Part shown: positions 38,967 through 46,518 of the stretch, piece after piece
Position numbering within the stretch: the stretch's first letter is position 1
Layout of the letters: every line of letters begins with the position of its first letter
Assembly (NCBI GenBank): GCA_016841185.1
Contig: JAENZQ010000013.1
Span: 6,341 to 70,340 of the forward strand
From: Anaerovorax odorimutans
GTDB taxonomy: Bacteria; Bacillota; Clostridia; Peptostreptococcales; JAAYPU01
Length of the DNA stretch: 64,000 bases
Direction: 5' to 3'
Translations under genes and position numbers: made by a program
The notes under the pieces: model-generated
Seen by the model: the letters and a program-made list of their open reading frames with translations, nothing else
Told to the model about the DNA's origin: nothing
Database searches by the model: none

Positions 38967-39031
38967 TCATATTATTTTAAAATGCTATTTAAAAAGACAG
39001 GTTCCATGAAAGAATAATCCTCTAAGAGAGA

Positions 39032-39058
39032 AAGACGGGATGTACCCGTCTTCATTTT
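39032..39058 (+). terminator. Intrinsic terminator after apt
   Basis: AAGACGGG atgta CCCGTCTT followed by CATTTTC. Confidence 0.55.
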
Positions 39059-39082
39059 CAATTCAATACAGGAGAAAATGAG

Positions 39083-41263
39083 ATGACGTTAGAGTATTTT
39101 ATTGATGAGATAATTGAATACAACCAAAATACGGATTTGCTGCTGATAGAAAAAGCATATAATGTTTCTGAAAAAGCACATTCAGGACAATACAGAAAAT
39201 CCGGAGAGGCATATTTCAGCCATCCTGTTGAAGTCGCTAAAATACTGGTTGAATTGGAGATGGATGATGCTACTATAGTTGCGGGGTTACTTCATGATGT
39301 TCTGGAAGATACGGACTATAAGTATGAGCAATTATTAGATGATTTTGGTGAAGAAATCGCGATGCTGGTGGAAGGGGTTACAAAGCTGGGAACTTTGGTT
39401 TATGAGAGCAAAGAAGAACGCCAGGCTGAGAATTTGAGAAAAATGTTTCTTGCTATGTCGAAGGACATTCGTGTTCTTATTATTAAACTTGCAGACCGTC
39501 TTCATAATATGCGTACTATTAACTATATGGACGAAAAGAAGATCCGGGAAAAATGCCAGGAGACCCTTCAGATCTACGCACCTTTGGCGCACCGGCTGGG
39601 AATGTCCAGGATAAAATGGGAGATGGAGGATATTTCGTTTCGATATCTGGAGCCCAATGCATATTATGAGCTTTATGAGAAAGTTAAAAAGAAGCGTAAA
39701 GAAAGAGAAGCATTGATCAATGAAGTAATTAAGGAGCTGAAATCCGAAATAAAGCTTCATGATATTTCTTTTGAAATTACAGGGAGATCTAAACATTTTT
39801 ACAGTATCTATAAAAAGATGAAGTATCAGAACAAAGAATTCGATGAGATTTTTGATTTAATGGCAGTCAGGGTCATCGTAAATTCAATACGTGATTGCTA
39901 TGCCGTATTAGGGATCGTACACACCATGTGGAAGCCCATCCCCGGAAGATTCAAAGATTATATTGCCATGCCAAAGCCCAATATGTATCAGTCGATCCAT
40001 ACGACTGTTATCGGAAAAAATGGAGAACCTTTTGAAATCCAAATAAGAACTGTGGAAATGCATAAAATTTCTGAATATGGGATTGCTGCCCATTGGCGGT
40101 ATAAGGAAGGAAGGAAAACGACGGACGAGTTTGACCATAAATTGGCCTGGCTCAGACAAATGATGGAATGGCAAAGGGATTTGAAAGACCCAAAGGAATT
40201 TATGGAGTCTTTAAAAGTAGATTTGTTTTCCAATCAGGTTTTTGTATTTACGCCTAAGGGAGAAGTTATTGAGCTTCCAACAGGTTCCACCCCTATAGAT
40301 TTTGCTTATAAGATTCATTCGGAAGTTGGCAACCGATGCATTGGCGCAAGGGTCGACGGAAAAATGGTTCCTATTGATTATAAGCTGAGCAATGGAAATA
40401 TCGTAGAAATTATTACTTCCGGTAACAGCAAAGGGCCAAGTATCGACTGGCTTAAAATCGTTAAAAGCACTCAAGCAAAGAATAAAATAAAACAATGGCT
40501 TAAAAAAGAAGATAAAGAAGAAAATATTGATAAAGGGAAAGAAATGCTTGAAAAGTATGTAAGAAGAAAAGGGTATGATACTCAGCAGATTATCAAACCT
40601 CAATGGGTTAATAAGGCAGCAAAGCAGTTCAACCTTAATTCTTCCGATCATCTTTATGCGTCCATTGGCAATGGAAGCATTCTGGTTAATAAGGTGGTTC
40701 CCAAACTTCAGGATTATTACCGTCAAGAGAAACAACAAGAATTGGTACAAAAGGAAAAGTCAGTCATAGCTGAGCCTTCTTATAAACCCAGAAATAATAA
40801 AAATGAGACAAGTGGTATAAAGGTAAAAGGCGGTGCGGATAATCTATTAATAAGAATGTCAAAATGCTGTAACCCTGTACCCGGAGATGAAATTGTAGGC
40901 TTTATTACAAAGGGAAGTGGCCTTTCAATCCATCGCAGGGATTGTATCAACATTGTCAGTGAATACGACAGCATCAAGAACAGACTGATAGATGTAGAAT
41001 GGGATATGGAAAAAGAAGACCTTTCTTATGAAACAGAGATCAATATTTTACTGGAGGACAGAAAGGGATTTCTTGTTGATATTACAAGGATATTTGATGA
41101 TCTGAATTTGACGGTTACCGGAATCAATGCAAAAACCGGAAGAGATAAAATCGCAACTGTCAATTTGACCATAGAAATAACCAATATAGAACAGCTGGAC
41201 AAAGTATTTAATAAGATAAAGAATATTGAAGGGGTTATGGATGTTTACAGAGTGATATCATGA
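39083..41263 (+). CDS. relA: Bifunctional (p)ppGpp synthetase/hydrolase (RelA/SpoT homologue)
   Basis: 726 aa. HD hydrolase motif (HPVEVA...LLHDVLEDT), synthetase domain (RSKHFYSIYKKM), and TGS and ACT domains. Confidence 0.95.
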   Translation: MTLEYFIDEIIEYNQNTDLLLIEKAYNVSEKAHSGQYRKSGEAYFSHPVEVAKILVELEMDDATIVAGLLHDVLEDTDYKYEQLLDDFGEEIAMLVEGVTKLGTLVYESKEERQAENLRKMFLAMSKDIRVLIIKLADRLHNMRTINYMDEKKIREKCQETLQIYAPLAHRLGMSRIKWEMEDISFRYLEPNAYYELYEKVKKKRKEREALINEVIKELKSEIKLHDISFEITGRSKHFYSIYKKMKYQNKEFDEIFDLMAVRVIVNSIRDCYAVLGIVHTMWKPIPGRFKDYIAMPKPNMYQSIHTTVIGKNGEPFEIQIRTVEMHKISEYGIAAHWRYKEGRKTTDEFDHKLAWLRQMMEWQRDLKDPKEFMESLKVDLFSNQVFVFTPKGEVIELPTGSTPIDFAYKIHSEVGNRCIGARVDGKMVPIDYKLSNGNIVEIITSGNSKGPSIDWLKIVKSTQAKNKIKQWLKKEDKEENIDKGKEMLEKYVRRKGYDTQQIIKPQWVNKAAKQFNLNSSDHLYASIGNGSILVNKVVPKLQDYYRQEKQQELVQKEKSVIAEPSYKPRNNKNETSGIKVKGGADNLLIRMSKCCNPVPGDEIVGFITKGSGLSIHRRDCINIVSEYDSIKNRLIDVEWDMEKEDLSYETEINILLEDRKGFLVDITRIFDDLNLTVTGINAKTGRDKIATVNLTIEITNIEQLDKVFNKIKNIEGVMDVYRVIS

Positions 41264-41528
41264 TTTAGGGTTAGAGATGGAGTATATAGAGTATGGAGTA
41301 TGGATTATGGAGTATAAAAAGTTAGAGGTAGAGGTACGAACTTAAAAAGACGGAAAGAATTCAAAGATAAGAGATAAGAGATAAGAGATAAGAGTAAACG
41401 AGGATTTTGTGTTACAAAATCTCCATTTATATATAAAAGATAGAAAATATTGGAATGGCATAGTTTCCGACCAGAACTGTTATCTATTATCTGTTCTCTA
41501 CTAATCTGTTATAAAAAAATGAGAAATT
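41264..41528 (+). repeat. Modular intergenic repeat element (locus L7, the largest copy) between relA and dtd
   Basis: Ordered modules: GGAGTAT-type heptamers, TAGAGG repeats, CGAACTTAAAAAG, (AGATAAG)x4, hairpin GATTTTGT gtt ACAAAATC (41403-41421), then the pyrimidine-rich arm CTGTTATCTATTATCTGTTCT (41477-41497), which is partly complementary to the AGATAAG array. Confidence 0.55.
41365..41394 (+). repeat. Perfect tandem heptamer repeat (AGATAAG)x4 plus AG
   Basis: Counted directly: 41365-41371, 41372-41378, 41379-41385 and 41386-41392. Confidence 0.9.
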
Positions 41529-41540
41529 TTGGAGGGTATT

Positions 41541-41990
41541 ATGCGGGCTGTAGTGCAGAGAGTCAGTGAGGCAGATGTTACTGTTGGGAATGATGTAACA
41601 GGAATAATCAAGTCAGGATTAATGGTATTGATAGGAGTCGAAGAAACGGATACAAAAGCAGATGCTGATTATATGGCTGAAAAAATTGTAAACTTGAGAA
41701 TTTTTGAAGATGAGGCCGGCAAAATGAATTTATCCCTTATGGATATAAAAGGAGAGATTTTAGCTGTTTCGCAGTTTACTTTGTTAGGAGATTGCAGAAA
41801 AGGAAGAAGGCCAAGTTTTATTCAGGCTGCAAGGCCTGAAAAAGCTGTTGATTTATATGATCATTTTGTTGAAAAATGCAGGCAAATGGGTATTAAAGCG
41901 GAAACCGGCGTGTTTCAAGCTGAGATGAAGGTAAGATTATGTAACGAAGGCCCTGTTACAGTGCTTGTAGATAGTAAAAAATTATTTTAA
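41541..41990 (+). CDS. dtd: D-aminoacyl-tRNA deacylase
   Basis: [15 protein letters not shown] start and [27 protein letters not shown] precedes ATG 41541. Confidence 0.9.
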   Translation: MRAVVQRVSEADVTVGNDVTGIIKSGLMVLIGVEETDTKADADYMAEKIVNLRIFEDEAGKMNLSLMDIKGEILAVSQFTLLGDCRKGRRPSFIQAARPEKAVDLYDHFVEKCRQMGIKAETGVFQAEMKVRLCNEGPVTVLVDSKKLF

Positions 41991-42003
41991 AGGAGTATTC
42001 ATA

Positions 42004-42639
42004 ATGATTAAAAAGTTTGTCTTAGGAATGTATCAGGAGAATTGTTATGTTGTATTTTGCAGCAGCACTAAAAAGGGATTTGTTGTAGATCCGGGAATAT
42101 ACAGTCAGGATGTAATAAGTTATATTGAAGAAAAACAATTAAGTATTGAATTTGTTTTACTGACGCATGCCCATGGAGATCATATCTGCGGACTGACAGA
42201 TACAGTTGAAAAGTTTAATGCTCCGGTTTACATACATAAGAAGGAAGCTGAGATATTACAGGATTCTAAAAAGAATTTTTCTGAAGAAATATGCAGGCGG
42301 AAGATAGAAATAGAAGCGGAAAGGCTTCTAAAGGATGGAGAAGTAATACGGATAGGTGAAATGGAAATTAGGATCATTCATACGCCGGGACATACGCCGG
42401 GCGGTATTTGTATATACATTCCTGCTGAAAAAAGTCTAATCAGCGGAGATACTCTTTTTGACAGATCTATAGGCAGAACGGATTTTGGGTATTCTTCTAC
42501 GGAGGCGCTGGTCCAAGCTGTCGGAGAGAAATTGTATGCTTTGCCGGATGATACCGAAGTATATCCCGGGCACGGAACGAATACATCCATAGGCCAGGAA
42601 AAAAAGAGCAATCCGTTTGTGAGAGGAGATTGCAATTAA
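42004..42639 (+). CDS. MBL-fold metallo-hydrolase (glyoxalase II-like)
   Basis: 211 aa with the HxHxDH motif (LLTHAHGDHICG), followed later by HTPGHTPG. Confidence 0.8.
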   Translation: MIKKFVLGMYQENCYVVFCSSTKKGFVVDPGIYSQDVISYIEEKQLSIEFVLLTHAHGDHICGLTDTVEKFNAPVYIHKKEAEILQDSKKNFSEEICRRKIEIEAERLLKDGEVIRIGEMEIRIIHTPGHTPGGICIYIPAEKSLISGDTLFDRSIGRTDFGYSSTEALVQAVGEKLYALPDDTEVYPGHGTNTSIGQEKKSNPFVRGDCN

Positions 42640-42769
42640 TTGACAATTGAAAATTGGAAACTGACAATTAAGGTGGATTTTGTTTAACAAAATCCTGAGA
42701 TTGTTGAAAAATCTACAATCATCTAATAACCATAAATCTTAATCTATTAACTGTATCGGGGGTTTTGTT
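42640..42769 (+). repeat. Modular intergenic repeat element (locus L8)
   Basis: TTGACAA/TTGAAAA heptamer words, then ACAATTAAGG, hairpin GGATTTTG tttaa CAAAATCC (42675-42695), and CCATAAATCTTAATCTATTAACT (42731-42753). Confidence 0.45.
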
Positions 42770-43360
42770 TTGAAGTTTGTTTGTATAGGAGACAGCTTGA
42801 CCTATGGATACAAGGTATCCAGATCTGAGATCTGGACAAAACTGTTTTCTGAAAAATATCAAATAGAAGTATTGAATAAGGGTATTAACGGTGATACTAC
42901 CGCAGGGATGCTTTCAAGGTTTTATCACGATGTTGTAAGCCATGGCCCGACGCATGTTCTTGTCATGGGAGGAACTAACGATTATATAATGGGGGCATCG
43001 CTGAATATGGTGAGATTAAATATATCTACCATGGTCCATCAGGCGTTTGGGTGCAATATTGTCCCTGTTATAGGAATCCAGATATTGACAGATACGGTTA
43101 TGGCAAAAGAACACTGGTCAAATATAACGGATTTTCAGATTGTGAATGATGAAATCGCAAAATACCGCAGATGGGTCTATAAATTTGCAGAGATATTTAA
43201 TGTAAAAATCATTGATTTTTATAAGGATTTTAATACTCAGCTTGAAAAATCCGATAACAGTCCATTATATCTTGACGGACTCCACCCGACTCCGAAAGGA
43301 CATGAAATCATGGCGGAAAGTATTCACCTTTCTACGAGATCAGGGGACAGAGAAAAATGA
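42770..43360 (+). CDS. SGNH/GDSL-family hydrolase
   Basis: 196 aa with block I FVCIGDSLTYGY, GGTNDY, and C-terminal DGLHPT. Confidence 0.75.
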   Translation: MKFVCIGDSLTYGYKVSRSEIWTKLFSEKYQIEVLNKGINGDTTAGMLSRFYHDVVSHGPTHVLVMGGTNDYIMGASLNMVRLNISTMVHQAFGCNIVPVIGIQILTDTVMAKEHWSNITDFQIVNDEIAKYRRWVYKFAEIFNVKIIDFYKDFNTQLEKSDNSPLYLDGLHPTPKGHEIMAESIHLSTRSGDREK

Positions 43361-43501
43361 TTAATAAATAAATCAACTTTTCCACAAATTTGCAGTAGAA
43401 CTGAAAAACTCTTTACCAATCAGAGATTGGAGAGTTTCTGAGTCCAAATCTTAAATCTTAACTTACATTTATACTTTATTTACTATTGTTGGAGGTTAAA
43501 A
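43361..43501 (+). repeat. Modular intergenic repeat element (locus L9)
   Basis: Hairpin AAACTCT tta CCAATC aga GATTGG AGAGTTT, then AAATCTTAAATCTTAACT (43446-43463), identical to 14407-14424. Confidence 0.45.
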
Positions 43502-45004
43502 GTGCTGTATGTTTATATAAATGACAATAGTTTCAGGTATGACGTTGGAGAATTGATAAAAGTATTTATGCCGCCTTCTTCTTTTGAGTTTATAGAAGAA
43601 GACGCTGAGGTCTTGCAGGATGACTTATTACTGACCATTTATTCAGCTTATGGAAATGGTTCGGGAGAAATATCCGTACACCTTACGGAAGAAGGTAGAA
43701 TAACATGTTCTGTTTTAACACCGGAGGTTTTGGAAAACGGTGCCGATGCTTCGAAGAAAGAAATTAAGGATGGTATCAAGCGAGCTGTGTATCATGTATT
43801 CTCCAAGTTTTTTGATTATCGGCCGCCCTGGGGGGTCCTGACCGGTGTCAGACCGACTAAAATGGTTAATGAAATGTCGGAAGCAGGGATGAAGGAGCAG
43901 GAGATTAAAGAAAAATTAAAATATTTTTATTACATTCAGGAGGAAAAAATCAATTTACTCTTGAATGTATGTCAGAACGAAAGAGAAATTTTAAAAAATA
44001 CTTCAGACAGAAAAATAAGTCTGTATATCGGGATACCCTTTTGCCCTACGAAATGTATTTATTGTTCATTCACTTCATATCCTGCGGATATTCTTAAAAT
44101 GGATGCCTACATGGATGCATTGGTTCAGGAAATTGTCTTTGTGGGTAAAGAATTGTCTGAAAGAAATCTAACTATTGAAACCCTTTATATTGGCGGAGGG
44201 ACACCAACGGCATTGTCTGAAGAACAGTTAAACAGATTACTCACACAAGTCAGGACTTCTTTTGATCTAAATGAATTAAAAGAGTATAGCATTGAATGCG
44301 GAAGGCCGGACACCATTACGGAGAAAAAACTTGAAATCATGAAATCCTTCGGCGTCCATAGAATCAGTATAAATCCTCAAACCATGAAACAAGAGACTTT
44401 ATCTAAAATAGGGAGAAAACATTCAACCCGGCAGATTCTTGAAGCGTATGATCTGGCTCGTCGGTATGCTTTTGAGAGTATAAACATGGATTTGATTGCC
44501 GGATTGCCAAATGAAACTCCTGAAGATTTCCGAAGTTCCGTTGACGCTCTGATTCGGCTTGGACCGGAAAACATTACGGTTCACACTCTATCGTTTAAAA
44601 AGGCGTCTAAATTAAAGGAAAAAAGGGAAGAATATACCTATAAATCAGAAGAGCAGGTATCGGATATGCTTAGAATCGCTTCTTCCCTGTTGGACCGAAA
44701 TGGTTATAAGCCGTATTACATGTACCGCCAGAAATATATGTCTGGAAATTTTGAAAACGTAGGTTATTGTAAGAATCACCGACAATGCATTTATAATATA
44801 CGGATAATGGAAGAAAAGCAGACGATTATTGCCCTGGGGGCCGGAGGTATTTCTAAAGTATATTACCCGTCGGAAAACAGATTGGAACGAGTTCCGAACG
44901 TATCGAACTATGAAATTTATATAGAGAGAATTCAGGAAATGAAAGACCGTAAAAGGAATTTGATTTTTGCAAATATTGACAACAAAATCAGTAATACATT
45001 ATAA
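43502..45004 (+). CDS. hemZ: Radical SAM coproporphyrinogen-dehydrogenase-like protein HemZ
   Basis: 500 aa with a GTG start 6 nt after GGAGG. Radical SAM cluster motif CPTKCIYCSF and a HemN/HemZ-like layout. A position upstream of hisS is common in Clostridia, from memory. Confidence 0.8.
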   Translation: MLYVYINDNSFRYDVGELIKVFMPPSSFEFIEEDAEVLQDDLLLTIYSAYGNGSGEISVHLTEEGRITCSVLTPEVLENGADASKKEIKDGIKRAVYHVFSKFFDYRPPWGVLTGVRPTKMVNEMSEAGMKEQEIKEKLKYFYYIQEEKINLLLNVCQNEREILKNTSDRKISLYIGIPFCPTKCIYCSFTSYPADILKMDAYMDALVQEIVFVGKELSERNLTIETLYIGGGTPTALSEEQLNRLLTQVRTSFDLNELKEYSIECGRPDTITEKKLEIMKSFGVHRISINPQTMKQETLSKIGRKHSTRQILEAYDLARRYAFESINMDLIAGLPNETPEDFRSSVDALIRLGPENITVHTLSFKKASKLKEKREEYTYKSEEQVSDMLRIASSLLDRNGYKPYYMYRQKYMSGNFENVGYCKNHRQCIYNIRIMEEKQTIIALGAGGISKVYYPSENRLERVPNVSNYEIYIERIQEMKDRKRNLIFANIDNKISNTL

Positions 45005-45005
45005 T
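44976..45005 (+). promoter_or_regulatory. Consensus sigma-A promoter for hisS-aspS, embedded in the hemZ 3' end
   Basis: TTGACA (44976-44981), an 18-nt spacer, TATAAT (45000-45005). Confidence 0.55.
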
Positions 45006-45067
45006 TAGAAGGTATAAACAAATAATATGGTTATAAATCATAGTAATCCAATTAGGGCGGCACAAAT

Positions 45068-45115
45068 ACTTCTCGTCCCTGACTACGGGATGTAGAAGTT
45101 TTTGTATTTTGTTTT
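45068..45115 (+). terminator. Leader terminator/attenuator upstream of hisS
   Basis: ACTTCT cg TCCC tgactac GGGA tgt AGAAGT followed by TTTTTGTATTTTGTTTT. The upstream AGGG (45054-45057), inside AATTAGGGCGGCAC, could alternatively pair with TCCC. Confidence 0.6.
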
Positions 45116-45117
45116 AT

Positions 45118-45221
45118 AAATTGAGCGAGCTAAGAGCTGTGGAAAAAAGGCAAATTATAAATTTGTGATTTCCTTGCATAAGTTCGCTTGGAATTTGCTT
45201 CACAAATTGAGCGAGCTAAGA
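45118..45221 (+). repeat. Exact 18-nt direct repeat in the hisS leader
   Basis: AAATTGAGCGAGCTAAGA at 45118-45135 and again at 45204-45221. An inverted repeat AATTTGTGA / TCACAAATT (45160-45168 and 45200-45208) overlaps the second copy. Confidence 0.8.
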
Positions 45222-45240
45222 AACAGGAGGTACTGATAAA

Positions 45241-46503
45241 ATGTTGACAAAGGCACCAAGAGGTACAAGAGATATATTGCCGGAACAGATTAATAAGTGG
45301 GTTTATGTTGAGAACAAATTCAGAGATATATGCAGCAGATTTGGTTTTGAAGAAATTCGAACCCCTATGTTTGAACATACCGAATTATTTAAAAGAGGCG
45401 TTGGTGAAACAACAGATGTTGTTGAAAAGCAAATGTATTCCTTTGATGATAACGGAGGAAGAAATATTACTTTAAAAGCGGAAGGGACGGCTCCGGTGGC
45501 CCGGGCGTATGTAGAAAACAAATTATATGCCAATCCTCAACCTGTAAAATTATTTTACATAACACCCTGCTTCAGGTATGAAAGGCCACAGGCAGGCAGG
45601 CTAAGACAATTTCATCAATTTGGAGTTGAAATCTTCGGTACGACTAACCCATTGGCGGATGCAGAGGTTATAGGCGTTGCGGTCAATCTTTTTGATGAAT
45701 TAGGCCTTGAGAACCTTGAGGTCCGTATTAACAGTGTCGGATGCCCAAATTGCAGAGCGGCATATAGAAAAAAATTAAAAGAATATTTAAGAGATAAACT
45801 GGAAATACTTTGCGACACCTGCAAAGGCAGATATGACAGAAATCCCATGAGGATACTGGACTGCAAATCGGAAATCTGTCAAGCAAGTGTAAAAGAGGCA
45901 CCCCGGATGATGGACTATCTGTGCGACTCATGCGTTCAGGATTTTGATGCGCTTAAGAAATATTTGACAGCCATGGAAATAGAATTCATTGTAGATCCTG
46001 ATATTGTAAGAGGCCTGGATTATTATACCAAAACCGCTTTTGAAATAGTTTCCAGTGAAATAGGAGCCCAGGGTACGGTATGCGGCGGCGGAAGATATGA
46101 TCAGTTGGTTGAAGAAATCGGAGGGCCTCCGACTACCGGTGTGGGATTCGGGTTAGGCATTGAAAGACTTTTATTGTCACTTGAAAAAAATGAGACAGTT
46201 ATGGAAGAAATGCACTCTACAGATGTTTTCATTGCGTTTTTAGGTGAAGAGTCTGAGAATATAGCTGTTAAGTTGTTAAAGGATTTAAGATATAAAGGAA
46301 TAAAGGGCCAGATGGATTTAGCAGGAAGAACTCTTAAATCACAATTTAAGAGTGCAGATAGATTAAATGCATTCTTTACAGTTGTTATTGGTGAAGATGA
46401 GTTAAAAGAAAACAGTGTTATGTTAAAGGATATGGAAAGTTCCGAACAAGAAAAAGTAGAAATCAGTAAAGTAATAGAAAAAATTGAAAGCAGACTGAAA
46501 TGA
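45241..46503 (+). CDS. hisS: Histidine--tRNA ligase
   Basis: 420 aa with KAPRGTRDILPE, the class II motifs (FRYERPQAGRLRQFHQ) and GGGRYD. Confidence 0.95.
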   Translation: MLTKAPRGTRDILPEQINKWVYVENKFRDICSRFGFEEIRTPMFEHTELFKRGVGETTDVVEKQMYSFDDNGGRNITLKAEGTAPVARAYVENKLYANPQPVKLFYITPCFRYERPQAGRLRQFHQFGVEIFGTTNPLADAEVIGVAVNLFDELGLENLEVRINSVGCPNCRAAYRKKLKEYLRDKLEILCDTCKGRYDRNPMRILDCKSEICQASVKEAPRMMDYLCDSCVQDFDALKKYLTAMEIEFIVDPDIVRGLDYYTKTAFEIVSSEIGAQGTVCGGGRYDQLVEEIGGPPTTGVGFGLGIERLLLSLEKNETVMEEMHSTDVFIAFLGEESENIAVKLLKDLRYKGIKGQMDLAGRTLKSQFKSADRLNAFFTVVIGEDELKENSVMLKDMESSEQEKVEISKVIEKIESRLK

Positions 46504-46518
46504 AAGGATGAATAACAG

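Noticed and set aside
45050-45063. Canonical T-box riboswitch upstream of hisS.
   Set aside because: Only the 5' half of the T-box motif is matched. The UGGN/CCGCG part is not. There are only ~40 nt between the best promoter and the motif, too little for Stem I and the specifier loop. It is reported as an unusual leader instead.
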